From Saccostrea echinata (Eukaryota): a stretch of 64,000 nt of DNA. Location of the stretch: NCBI RefSeq assembly GCF_033153115.1, contig NW_026889796.1:12834001-12898000 (forward strand), given 5' to 3'. Position numbers and translations under genes: made by a program. Positions 11,954-26,035 of this stretch are shown here, in pieces. How positions within the stretch are numbered: the first letter of the stretch is position 1; every line of letters begins with the position of its first letter. The notes beneath the pieces were generated by a model. It was not told the origin of the DNA and ran no database searches. It saw nothing but the letters and a program-made list of their open reading frames with translations.

Positions 11954-13380
11954 GTGTAAACTACATGTATAATGTTTGTCTATAGCTTAAAGTCAACTAA
12001 AATTTTATTCCACATATCATCATGGTTACTTAACTGTAAAATACAAACAGTTCACTACTTATATGGTTGGACATTAGCAAACCCTAAGCCTGTTTATCTG
12101 CTATTTAATCATGACTGTAATATTTTAAAATTTGATTTTTCATGACATAATCTTGTATAGTTTATTTTTGTTTTAGGACTTGTGGTGCGGAAATGCTTAA
12201 AGACAGAGAAGTACAATAAATTGAAGCAATGTTAGTAAAATTGTGAAAAAGTATATTTTATTCATTTTCATTTAGCAAATACTAAGATGATACAAGATAG
12301 AATAGCATACTTTTTTATCGCCCATTAAAATTATTCTTTCTGAAATTAATACTAATATATTAGACCAAACATCTTTGGCACCAATGAGTATGGCCATAAA
12401 ATCTTTACAATGAAAACATGGGAAGTTAGGACTTAAGTTTTACAACCTTTTGCAATGGTGGAATCTGTTGAAATCTAATTTGCAAACGCAGAATTCCTGT
12501 AATGAATTCCTGTAATTATACCCCCGCTTAAAATGTGGTGAGTATAAAGTGATGGGGGTGTATCCGTAACTTATCACTTACACCACTGAATGCAATTTAA
12601 TGAAACTTTATTACCTAGTAATATTGTGCATCTCCTTTTTTACGTTTCCATTAGACACATTGTTGGGGGTTCCCACAGCAAAACTATTCTTTCTATAATA
12701 TTTGGAGTACCCATCTCTTATCCGCCACTCCTCCCTTACCACTGAATTAAATTTAATGAAACTTTTACAATGATCCCTATTACAAAGTACCATTGTTCTA
12801 CGTCTGCTAGTATTTTATACGTTGTGATTGGACAGATATTTGAGGTTTCCCATAGCAAAACACGGTCTTTGTCATTATGTATGTACTCGATAAAGGAATA
12901 CTCATTTTGTTGAATAAAATTCAATGCATGGAGCATTCATAGAATCCCGTGTACATACTGCCAAGAAAATTAATGCACTTTGCCATTTTACTAATATGGT
13001 ATGGGGATATATATCATTTTGTGAGGTCAACTCCTGCAGTACCTTTTAGGAAAAATAAGCAGAATGCCCACACTTTCAAGACAAATTCTATCAATATTAA
13101 AATTATTGGCAGTGAACAACTGATTTCAAAATTTGGGTTCATCAACCATATTAAAAAATATCTTTGTTACACCTCGGGAGTTGCTGCTTCCAAAATTAAG
13201 TCCAGCATTCATTGAGAAATCAGAACTTGGTTGTGTTGACCAAAACTCTGTAAATTTAATATACTGTGATCATTCTGAAACATCCGCCAAGCATGAGAAT
13301 TCATTTCATTGCAATATTGCATAAATCTCTAATTAAGTTCGATGAAAAAAAAATATCGCTTGGCTTCACTGTAGGTATTT

Positions 13381-13549
13381 AAGAAATGAATTTAATTTTT
13401 GAGAATTCATGAGGTACATGAACTACGACGCTTCACGCCGGCATATTTCACGAAACGCGTTAGCTAACGCGCTTCATGATAAATATGCCGGCGTGAAGCG
13501 TCGTAGTTCATGTACCTCATGAATTCTCAAAAATTAAACTCATATCTTA
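13381..13549. repeat. Near-perfect palindrome of about 170 bp, probably a non-autonomous DNA element
   Basis: tttttgagaattcatgaggtacatgaactacgacgcttcacgccggcatattt and its exact reverse complement flank a central cgcgttagctaacgcg. Confidence 0.8.
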
Positions 13550-14199
13550 TATTAACGTTATTTTTCTGACGACTTGCCACAAGTTTTTGTCATTCAACGA
13601 TCATTAAAAAAAAGTTTGCACTATTTTTTGACTTCAATTACCTCACAATGGAAATATTCCTATTCATCCCACAGTAGTTCATGAGAACGTGATTTTTTTC
13701 TACTATGCAAAAAAACTTAAGGAAAAATATTTGGAAATGTAAATATTTTAACATTATCATTGCATGATTTTTATAATTCTAGCAGACAAAATTCTTATTC
13801 CTTTTATCAGGAAAATCACTTACCAAAAATATATTTAAAAAGTATGACATTAAACTAAAAAAGAAGAAAAAAAAAGACGGTATCTTTTTAAGAAAAAAAA
13901 TCTTGTTAAAAAAATATTGATACAAGGGGCTTGGTAATAAGACAATTACCAAGTTGGTGCTGCAATTTACTTTTTTAATTATTATTTGAAAATTCGTTAT
14001 TTAAATTCAACACATTTTTCTAATTATTGTTATCCCCTCCATGCCCGCCATAAATCTTCCTTTTTTGTATTTTTAGATTGTGTCTGGTTGTACTATTTTA
14101 AAATTTGTATAGTATTACTAAGGAGTGTTAACTCAACTAACGGCCCTTTGAGAGACAAATACACAACAGTCATAGCTTTCTACTTTATATCATGAAGGT

Positions 14200-14800
14200 A
14201 CTAGCATTTATATCTTGTTATTGGTCATCTACAAAATCAATTTGTTAGACACCACCATTCTTCATTTACAATACATGTTGGAATTTCAATGGGTACTAAT
14301 TGTGCTCCTTTTTAGCCTATCTGTTTTTATATACTTATGAAGCAATCTGTTTTTATATACTTATGAAACAGAATTTATTCAGAAACTTCTATCTGAAAAA
14401 AGAAAACTTGCTGTGGCTTTCGATTCAACATTTTGATATATCGACGATTTTTTTTCTCAATTTTTATTGACTGAGTTACTTTCATCCATATACCGACTTA
14501 ATATATATCCCAGTGAACTATAAATAAAAAAACACCACAGAGACTGATACATCGGTTTTGTACTTGGATGTTTTACTGAGTAGAGACATTAGTGGTCATC
14601 TAACAATTAAATTAAACGACTTAGTGGATGACTTCAGGTTTGCCATCAATATTCCTCTATCATCTGCATAATGGTGTTTATGTCTCCCATATGATTTTGT
14701 ACCTAAAGAGAGCATATTCTGAGCACAATAACTTTATAAACCGAGGAAGGCTACTGAAAAATAAGTCGATGTTGCAAGAGTTTTCTACTATCTCAAAGAG
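14200..14800 (+). mobile_element. Decayed Penelope-like RT fragment
   Basis: VGISMGTNCAP, LFLYTYE, YIDD, YLDVLL, GVYVS, with frameshifts. Same family as 48150-49075. Confidence 0.7.
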
Positions 14801-14832
14801 GAATTTAGATTACAGTACCTAAAATACATGTA

Positions 14833-15008
14833 CAGTAAAACTCAGTTATAAGGAACTCATTTATAAGGAAATCTTTGTTATAATAAGGAACTTTTAACAA
14901 ATCCGGTAAAGGACTTTTCACTGTGTTTCTTACAAGGATATTATGAATCTCGATTATACGGAAGTAAAATTCGAGGTCCAGTGACTTCCTTATAACTGAG
15001 TTTTACTG
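14833..15008. mobile_element. Tc1/mariner (pogo-like) MITE
   Basis: TIR cagtaaaactcagttataaggaa / ttccttataactgagttttactg, flanked by TA on both sides. Confidence 0.85.
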
Positions 15009-17783
15009 TATAAAATTCCTTTTCCATTTCGAGTCTTTCACCTCATATAAATTACTAATTACATTTTACAAAAAAAAAAACTTTGGTAAAATCAGTCAAG
15101 ACAAAAATCAGCACAGCTATATGTAGAATATGTACCTTAATGAACTTTATCATTGACTGCGAGTCTATAAAAATTGCTAGCATCCAAGATTCCATTAAAT
15201 AAAAAAATTGTTATCAACACATACCATTAAAATGTAAATAAAATGTTTGTTTTATTTTCAATGTAAGTTGATAGAAAGTAAAAAAGAACAAGAAATATCA
15301 CAGACTACATATTATGATCAACAAAGTAATAATGAAAAATGATACAAAGACATCATACAACAACTCATCCAAAAATTGTTATGATACCTCTAAATATTTC
15401 TCAGTCAACCCATATATAAACACTGCAATAAAGGGTATTAGTTACATGTATCAACAATACAATTACAAATAAGCAGATTGAAAAATATTCTCAATTAACA
15501 ATGATATAATATTTATCTGAATTAACAACAAAGTAATCTTAAAATAAGACAAGTGTACGTGGAATCATATTACTGTAACATCAGGCAATCCTTTCTGTTC
15601 AATAGCACTGACTGTGTGGTTTTAATCATTACAAAAAATTCTACAAATATTCTACCATGATTATCACAGTTCGACCAAAAATTGAGAAATTTATGAACAT
15701 TAATATATTTATTATACATTAATAATTTGAAAGTACAATACTGTATATCATATACAGTATTAAAAACATACTAGTACTGTTAGACAACTTTTACACATGT
15801 GCGAGAAATATCCGCGGGTTGTACGACCTTTATTTTTTTTTGCTTGCAAATACATGTACTTAAATGGTTGTGGAATTACACAGACTGTTTTCTATGTGGT
15901 GAAAATTAGAAGTTGAGGATGGATTTCAAACTGACGAATCACTTGATAAAAAATACAGTGAATTATGTTTGTTGGTTTACAGGATATATCCTTCTCGGGA
16001 AGTTTATTACAGTACAGTTTTAAGTATTTGATATTTATGCAAATTAGAGTACTAGAATTCATTTCACAGAAAATGGAAAGAAACGGGTCATCTCATTTCA
16101 TGAAGAGCTCATTACATATGTATTTTAAAAACTTGAATTTCCCTTTTCCTAAGAGATAAAGTGCTGTAACTGCATGCTTTGAGCTATCTATAAATTTAAC
16201 AATTTAACATCATTAATGTAAAGATACATTGCTGTTATGTTAATTAACACTCAGTCTGTTACTTTTAAAAAATTATCATTCAATGCTCACATGTACGATA
16301 CATGTATTTCATTTTTGATAATTGAATGTTATTCTTGGTAATTTTTTTTTAATCATTTCACGTCAGTTTACCATCTAGAAGTAACAGCAGAGCTGAATAC
16401 TCCTTGCATTGGATTCCAGGTAGGCAAAAGTACATCAAGATTTTTTTTTTTATTTGCAAGGAACTGATGTGATATAGATCTCTAGGTGTATCAACATAAA
16501 TCCAAAAAACTTACTCATAAAGTACTAATAAAAACGAGCTAGACATGATAATGTTCTAAACATGATGCCTGTAAATCAAACATTTTCTAACAAAAAAAAT
16601 CCATGTGCCTTTTAAATTGTAAAGAAGGAAATCATACAAACATGTACATAACGACCATTATCTGACTAGATTTGTACATTTGCTTATTTCAAATTTTATC
16701 AATAACATTCTACATGTATGTGCATACCTTCTACTGTTCCAAGCTAAACTAAACACATCCATTAATGTAGTCCTATTTTCAGTTTTATTCTAAAATGGAT
16801 ATTGATGAATTCAGATGTGTAAGATGTCTTTGATGATGTCTGCTTGCTTATTGCAATAACGTCACAGTCTGTTTTGACATTAACACTGCTCATCTTTCAC
16901 CATTTGTGGATGACTATTTTGAACAGGAAGTCTGATACTGCATGAGGTAGTGTCAGTCCATTATTTCTTTTTCTGCAATAGCAAAAACACACCCAAACAG
17001 GTAATTATACATCTAAATCATATTATTTGAAGACTATTTTGTCACTTACACCTACAACTTATCCAATACATGCAGATAACAGATAATAATTCTATGTAAG
17101 TACTGAAGCAGCAATATTTTCTTGATTCAATTATTTCAAAAAAATGCTACATATATTTAAAAAAATGATTCATTTAATGAAAACAAGTTATGAATAACAA
17201 CTGATATCCTACATTTCTGGTTCTATTTTGGATAAGCTATAGCCTGACTAATTTAAAAATAAATTGAATTCACAAAATGGGTTTTAGGTATTTTAAGAAA
17301 ATATCTACATGTATGTCATAAAACATTAAGAATTTAGAAGTACATGGAACAACTCCAACATTCTTGCATTTGAAAGGTTGTTGGGTATGTATTCAGGGCT
17401 TTCACACCACTTTTTGGGGCAGGGGCAAGGACCATTAAAATTGGGGAAATAGATCTTCTAGGGAAAATCACTGTACAATAAAATCATTAAATATTGTGTT
17501 CTGGTGTTATAATCTAAATTATGTTTTCTGTATAGAATAATATGAATGTCATGTTCAGTTGTAATATACATGTATCTAACTATCTATGTTTAATTTTTAG
17601 GGAAAATGAATATTGTGAAAAATAAAACATTCAGTATGGAAAAAAGGTACCATTTTTGAATTGGAAATGGGGCCTTTGAACAGCCCCAAATATAGACAGT
17701 CAAGAACCTTAAAATATCAAAAGAATATTGAGTTATAATCTGAATCATGATTATCTTGTGTCCAAAATATATCTATCAAAAAA

Positions 17784-20421
17784 CTACTTCCTTGCCTTTT
17801 TACCCCCTTTCTTCTTTTTCTTGAGACCAGAGCCAAGTTTGAGGATGCCATCAAATGTATCCTTCTTTATCCTACTGCCTACCCTCACCTTACACCCTCC
17901 AAGTTTTTCTGTAGATTGAAAACATGCAATATCACAACAATAATAAGCAAATTTTAAAAGCACTACATGTAGCTACCATGAAGTAGCATTGATATCATGA
18001 GAATTTTACATAAAATTCACATGCAAAATACATGTATAATGAAATTCATTACATTAAATCAAGCTGTAAAATGAAAAAAAAAATACTTATTGACAAGTAC
18101 TGTACCTCCAAATACTTGTATTTTGCAACTTCATGTACATACCGGTATATTAAACAATTGACCTGTAAAAATGCAGAGTAGTACCTGTTTCTTTTCTATG
18201 TTCCAATGATTCCAAAATTTCTTTTGCAGCAATATCACCAATTAAGTTTTTCTCCAGGTCTAATTCCTCAAAGCAGTTAGAGTACATGATCAGCCTTAAA
18301 AACAATCAACACAATTTTAATACATTGTCTGTTTTATTTTATTTTCCTTAATCTTGATTTAAAAAATTGATTATGTCACTCCTATTTACTTTGATCTGTT
18401 TCCATGAATGAAAAGACGTTTTTTTAATAACTGTAAGAGTCACACATACTTTTTCAGAACTCTCATCATTTGTAAGGGAGCTAACTCTCTTTTGTATGCC
18501 AACCCATCAATACCATTGTCTGCCACATGTAGTTTGTGGATCCAAGGACCTACAGCTGGTGGTGGGGGTGGCTCCTTTTTCTTCTTTTTCTTTCCTGTTG
18601 TTTGATACAATTAGCATTGGATTATTATAAACAGGAAAATTATTTACACTTAATGGAGGAAAAGTGTTTGCCCCCTTTTTTCTTTATTCAAATTTAATTT
18701 TCTTTTTTTTAAGTCTACCGAATGATAGTTTTCCATTCTACAGAAACACCACCGTATCTCTATCTCAGTGGAATTCACAATAAACTTTGAGATAATAAAT
18801 TCCCGCTGTAGTTGAAACCCTAGAGTTGCTTTGATATACTTGTGTATATCCCTGGTATTTGATATACATGTATTGGTGTTCCAGATACATGTACTAAACC
18901 TGACATGTACATGTAATTGGTCCTTCCTGTTGAAAAAATTACCCAACTGAGAAAATGGCCAAACTGCTGGGGATCTGCAGCACAGCAGTAGCAATTAATT
19001 TTCTTGTTTTCAGTCAACTATTCCTATTCATTGATGAGTGTAGTAGACACTTTCTGAGATAATCGTTTTGGTGCTTTTGTACTTCTGACTTCTTGAAGAC
19101 ATATTACTTATGAAATGCAGATATCAAAGACAAATCTAGTTTTAGTTAAAAGCTTAAACATATTTACTATACCTTTCTTTTTCTTTTTCTTCTTTCCATC
19201 TTTACCATCTTCATCTCCTGATAATCCAGATGACCGGTAACCTTGCTCTCTTTCTGTTTAAATAAGGATATTTGGGTTAACAGATAGAATAGAAACATCA
19301 AATGATGGCAACTTGAAAAAGACATTAAATTTTTGCTTAATTATTTTTTTTATTCATACATGTATATGGCATCTTAAATGAACCAATAACTAACAACTTA
19401 AATGAACCAATAACTAATGTCTACCTAGTATATAAATGGTGGTGTTTTGTTTTGCTGTTTTTTGTTTTGTTTTTTTTTTTTTGTTTTTTTTTTCAATTAT
19501 GCAGTGCTGGGGCAGGTTTCAGCCAAACAATTTTTTTTTTAAAAATCCACTTACTTTGCAAAACTGTTTTTATATATCAAATTGTTTGAAGAAATAGCAG
19601 AAAAGAATATTTTGGGAAAGAAATTATTGTGGACTAATTTTGTCACATTCATTAAGCAGTTTTAAAAGAACATGCATGCTTGGTTCTACAATTGATCGAC
19701 TGATATTGTTGCTATTGTAATTATACATTTTTCATGACCTCTTTTTTTCAGTCTGGCAAACAGACTGTGTACCCAGAAATTATGACATATTTATTTTGTC
19801 CTCAAAAGACCAGAAAAAAAAATCTTCTTGAAGTTCAATCATCCTCAATATTCTTTTAGGAATATTCATTTGAGGAATTGGGCTAATAAGCAAATTTTAA
19901 AAGAAAAATTAAAGCACATGAATCATGTCAGACAGGCCACCTTACACCCATTGGTTATGGCAAAAGAAATCTAATACTGAACTACAGAGATGCAGAGAAA
20001 TCTATAACTGCTAGAAATCTTTTCCATAAACAGATGGAGAGAGAGAGAAAAAGAAAAAAATAGTATTCTATTTATATCTAAAAATATTTAGGAAATAAAA
20101 CAGTACCAATAGATAAAAAGAAATTGACCAATTGTTTCATGTACTACAATGATTTTTTGAATGAAACAGTTGAGGGAGAGAGAGGGAGAGAGAGAGATCA
20201 TCTACATTTGAAAGTTTTTGTTATGAGGCATACTTTGTGGTCTTTTGAAGGGAACATCAAATACATACCAAGTCTTTGCTGAGGAGTAAGCTTACTCTCT
20301 GTTTTTATTAATTAACAAACAATTAAAAATGAAGGTAAAAGGTAAACTTAAATATCCAATTTTAAAAGTTGTTAAAATCTTTCTTTTTTAATCTTATCCA
20401 TTAAAATACACAAAACGTTTT

Positions 20422-20512
<91 letters not shown>

Positions 20513-22465
20513 CATGTACCTGTTCATTTGATTAATAAATCATTAAGTCTCTAATCAGGATATTAAATTCTCTTTAGTAAATTTTGCCATCCTTGTGTCA
20601 GAAACAATGCAACTATGTATTTAGCCAATCACAGTTCCCGTAACATACCTCGTTCAGCTTTTTCAGCCTCCTCTTGGAGTTTTCTTGCTGCTTCTTCTGC
20701 CCTCATTGTGGACTCATAAAAAGCCTGTTCAGCACAGAGATCGATCAAACTGATCACCCCTTTACACTCTAAGTTGTTCCCATCCAAGAACAACTCCCTA
20801 CAACAGATTTACATGTATATATAAACATATATAAATGTTGTTGTTTTTTTTTTCCTTTATAAAAAAAATTAACTTTTTGTTCTCATCGAAATTCATTTGT
20901 TCATGTTAAGTTATTCAAGCAACAATTAAAGTATATGAAGGAGTCCACATTTCAGTTTTTTCCCTTTGGATGCGTGGGGGATGGGGGAAGGGGGAATTAG
21001 TTTCAATTATGATAAATTCAAAATTGACAAAACGCAAAATTGACGTTTTTTATGCCTTACTATTACATGTACCTGACTGCTGTTTTCACCAGCATTTTCC
21101 CCAGTATGTCTCCACTCTCTACACCCAGATCACAATAACACATGCTAATGGATAGAAGGGTGACATTTCCCTCCATTCCTTTACAAAAGTACCGTGCACC
21201 TTCATCTCCGAATCTAGAAAATAATATATAGCATTTATTTCATGTCAAGATTTTATTAGAAGACAAAGTGGTCTACTGAAAACCAATTTTTACTCAAGTG
21301 CTAAAAATTTCCACAAGATTTGCGTGTAAGTCAAGCTTTTGGATATTTACATGTATGGTCATTATTTAAAATGAATATTCTTTGTCACAGACCAGTTTTT
21401 AATTCAAATTGACTAGTTGTAAATAAAAAAAATTTGCATACAATTGTTTATTTAACAGTAATGTGTTAAAGGGATTATTACAAGATACGTTTTCTGGTTA
21501 AAAAATATGGTCACTCAGAACATACTCATTATAATCCAGTGTGACAGAGGTTAGTGTCGAACAGATGTTAAAGGACCTAGAGAAGCGCTGAAGTGAGTAA
21601 CCCTCCAACAGACAATCAAGAAACTCGACATATCTCAAGGGGTAACAGCCTTTCTCTAACAGCAAGGCCTGCAACGGACAATTTTACACATGTATATATT
21701 AAATTACCTGGGTAATGAACAAAAGTGAATTTTATAATATGTGCAAATGCATTACATTAATTACCAGTTTTTTCATTTACAGACAATCTCAAATTTTGAA
21801 AATCATTTCAATAAAAATGTTTCCTGATTCTTTAGTAAAAAAAACTTTGTATTTCTAAATACTTTCTTTAAAACCACTTTAAATACAGATGTTTAAATGT
21901 GTATCTCACCACTGTTGCCATATTTTCATACGTCATTGGGTAATTCCACAGATACAAATCTTGTATGTGGACATATCGCTCTTGTCTAAAGGCAGCAATC
22001 AAAGGCTCCAGTAAAACTGGAAGGTCCCCTTCCTTCTCAATGGGAGCAGGCTCCAAAATAAACTAAATTCATAAAGGGACTGTTAGGGACAAAACTTTTC
22101 CAATTTGACAAAATTAATACTTATATATTAATAAATTACAATCTTAAAACAAAATATATTTAGATATGTTATTATATATGTATATTTCAAAGAATTATAA
22201 CATTAAAAAAAATTAAACAGAAGTGTTTAAAATTCATTTGTATTATTCAAATTTTATAAAAACATACAGTGGAAAGCACAGTTTCATTTTCCTTGCATGC
22301 TCTTAAGGCACTTTTAATTCTAGGACTAATCTGTGACTCGGTCAGACCACAGTTTCTCTCGTAACATTTGAGGAAACTCTGGACAATGTCTTCTGCGCCT
22401 GCAACAGTCTTCTTGGCTTTCTTCTTTCCTTTCCCCTTTCCTTTCTTTCCACTCTTTTTTGGCAT
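17784..22465 (-). CDS. RNI-like leucine-rich-repeat protein with Lys-rich tracts, 414 aa, 9 coding exons
   Basis: Exons 22465-22268, 22062-21910, 21668-21526, 21213-21073, 20797-20649, 19253-19173, 18594-18450, 18294-18185, 17908-17784, all GT-AG and phase-compatible. LRR-like units: LTSVTLDYNEFGDEGA, ELFLDGNNLECKGV, KLHVADNGID, EELDLEKNLIGDIAA. Confidence 0.88.
20427..20506. repeat. (TA)n microsatellite
   Basis: Pure TA run in an intron. Confidence 0.97.
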
Positions 22466-22507
22466 CTCCTAAGTGGATATGATACATAATTTATTTAGCC
22501 TTTTTAA

Positions 22508-23291
22508 AGGTGCTTGGACACAGATTTGAAGTTAGTATTTTCTCAAATTTTCTGTATAATTTCATGACTTATATGTGGCTATAGCATTTCATACTAAAAT
22601 ATAATAAAAATCTTATTTAATCTCGAAGTTATTAAAACTTTGAATTTCTGGATGCGTTGGATTGACACATCCTTGCGCTTTCACATATTTTAATTTTATT
22701 CTTAATACTTAAGAAAAGTGGCAATTTTATTGTGTATTAATTTAATGAAAAATATTAAAACTATAACCCAGAAAATTCAGGGTAGAAATGTTCGAAAGCA
22801 AAACCCACTCACAGTATTGTAAGTCCGTGCTCAGTGGTGTGTGCAGAGTTTAACAATTGAACACATCCGGTGAATCGTAAACATTAACAATAACAGAGCT
22901 TGTGCCCTGTTTACAAAAACAGTTTACGTTTCACGGGTGTGTTCAATTTGTTAACTCTGTACACATCACAGAGCACGGACTGATAATACTGGGGATTTGG
23001 TTTTGCTTTCGAACATTTCTACTCTTTATTTTCTGGATTATAGATGTAATATTTTTCATTAATACATAATAAAATCGCTTCTTTTCTTAAATATTAAGGA
23101 TAAAGTTAAAATTTGTGTAAGTACAAAGGTGTGTTAATCAAACGCGTCAAGGAATTCATAGTTCCAATAATTTCCAGATAAAATACGTTTTTAATTATTT
23201 TTTCGTGTGAAATGCTATTGCAATATATAAGTCGTGATATTATGCAGAAAATTTGAGAAAATATTAAGTTCAAATCTGTGTCTAAGCACCT
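22508..23291. mobile_element. Palindromic MITE with TTAA TSD (Kolobok-like)
   Basis: ttaa|aggtgcttggacacagatttgaa ... ttcaaatctgtgtctaagcacct|ttaa. The two arms are complementary almost to the centre. Confidence 0.85.
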
Positions 23292-26035
23292 TTAATTCCC
23301 TCCTATTTCTTCAAACATTAAAATAACTAATATACAAAAACTGAAACAAAAATTTCAAAGCTTAATAAATAGAGCATTTCTTTGATATTTTTCAAAGGCA
23401 CAAAGCAATGTGCAGTGATCGAAAATTTTACCTAAACAAATCGAGGAAACTCGAAATTAGATTGCAGGTGACCTACTCACTTAGTATCACAACACCATTT
23501 CACATTTTTTTTTCTTAAGTAGTGACATTCTAAACGCGAATAGATAAACAGAAATAAACAAATTTAATCAATTATTTCAATAATTGTTATCCTAGACATT
23601 TTTTCATGTTTTTTTAACGATGAAATTTACCTTTGTTGACTGTTGTTACGTTCTTTTGTACCCGAATGCCCAAAGAGTTCCCATATGGAAAGGTAACTCG
23701 TACAATACATGTAGTATGCAGCTGTACAAAATTAATTCGATCAGCAATAAACATTTACATTACTGTCTTCATTCTTATCTTCTAAAGATTTTTTCAAAAG
23801 TCTTACATCCGATGTTCAAAAACAAGTAATAAATCTGCAAAGAAATTATATAAGTTGAAATCCTAAGAAATCCCCCTTCATCAAGTATATGTAGATAAAA
23901 ATTTTTATATGACAGTGCATGAAAACATTCAGAAAATGCACGCCGGACTTATGGAAATAATTTTGTTGTTGTTATTGTTTTTTATGAACAGAAGAATAAA
24001 TAACAGAGCTTCAGAATAACTCTTTTAAATGAATGGACAATGACTTTATATTTCTTTGACTATAATAAATGGGAATCTGTATATTGTACCTATGTATCAT
24101 AATTTAGATCATTGCACGATCTCGTTGCATTCTTACACGAATATTCAGATACACATAATAAAAGTGGGCAGTTGAAAAAAATCCAATGTGTGAAAGACTG
24201 AAATAAACTATAAGAATTAATGTAAAAAAAAACCCACATATCATTTACTTTTTTTTTTAAACACCCACAAGATGTCGGCATTAGCTGTTTGATTCATCTT
24301 GTGATGAAGACCTGACAATATCTAAACTCTGAAGTGTGACTCACTGTACAGCTGTAGATATATAGACAGCCACCAAACAGAACAAAGAGGTGCATCCAAA
24401 ACACCACTTATATCTACACGGAACAAAATCATTCCAAAGGTATGTACTTAATTATCTGATAGTCATCGCAAAAGTTGATACTATATATTCTTTTTAGTTC
24501 ATATGATGTTCAAAGTATTTAAAATTTGTTTTATGGATTTGAGACAAAAATTGCGCTAAATATGCTGCTGTTAATATTAATACTGGGGGTGTCTTTTTCT
24601 GGTTTTAAAAAGGCTTAAGCTAACAGCTACTAGGTGTTCACCCATCATCCGGATATTGCGTTTAAATACAAAAAACAAAAGGCAGAGAAATACACAGCAT
24701 TTACAATTATAAATTTACGGCATTATGTATACAATGCGCGCAAGTGGTTGCCTCGACGAAACGTACATAAAAACAATATACATGCAACCACTATTTAGAT
24801 CGCGCGTGTTTTATATTGTATGTAAACATTTGTGCACATGCAATATCTATATAGCTGATCTGCAAACCCTCACATCAAGTATGGGAGATAGTAAATAAGA
24901 ACGCGCGCTCTATCCGTGAGTTCCATTCATGGCTTAAAATAAATCTAACTTATCATGCTTTATCTAGAAGCCAAAATTACTGTCAAGATCACCAAAACAT
25001 TATAAGTGGCACAACACAAAAAGTTTCGATGCCCATCATTTTCTACACGGATGTTTACAATCAGACTTCTATCTGTCGACGCCGTATTTCTCGGCCGTTG
25101 ATGTAGGTTTCCAAAAGTATCCTCTTCTGTAGCTGTATATATTTTGTTAAAACGGTCCCTTTGTTATCTTTCAGATTCTAAATGAATAAGAAAATTGTTA
25201 AATAAACTGTCTGAGGAATGTAAAAACAGTCTCGCGAGATGTACTTTATGACTCAGTTCGGTGCATGGGTTATAAGAATTTTATATCTTTTCAGAATACA
25301 CGGCATGTATTTTGAAATTGCATTTGATATTACATTCTTCGAACTTTAAAAATCATGATATCAGTAAGCCAACCAGATTGCTAAAATATTTTTTCTAATA
25401 TCTTTTTGGGTGTAGGCAACAGCCAAAATGAGAATGGCATTGCAGAATTGAATATGGGTTTCGAGAATGCACGTGTGTCGACACTTTAGAGAGATCGTGC
25501 AGGCATGTAGCAACAGGGTGTGTGTGCAACAAAAGGAGGGAGTGACCAGCCTTTTAATTAACATTTTCAATAGTAAAAAAAAAAAAAAAAGGTTTGGGAA
25601 AAAAGGGGGCAGACCCCCTCCCCCTCCCCTCCCGATACTATGGCCCTGCGTACATGTGTATATCTATACTTAAACTGCTCTTAAACTATCCATGGAATTT
25701 TGAACAAAGTGGTATGTTTTACTGGTAAAGAGTGGGAGAGATTTTAGAGTTTGGACAATTTTGGGCTTTTTTTCGGCTTGTCAAAGTTTTTCCAAGTGAG
25801 TTGATTTTTTTTTTTGTGGCTGCCCTCCCCGGTTCAATAGCGATATACTATGTGCCTGTCATGCAAAATAATGATCGTGGCAATTGTTGACAATTTCATA
25901 GCGGTTGTTATATGTACATGTAAAATCGATATACATAAAGAATTAAGATAACAGTTTTGAAGATTGACACTTAATGCTCCTTGTTTATAGCAAAGTATTT
26001 TATTATATATCTTCTTTTCTCATCAGATTAAAATA

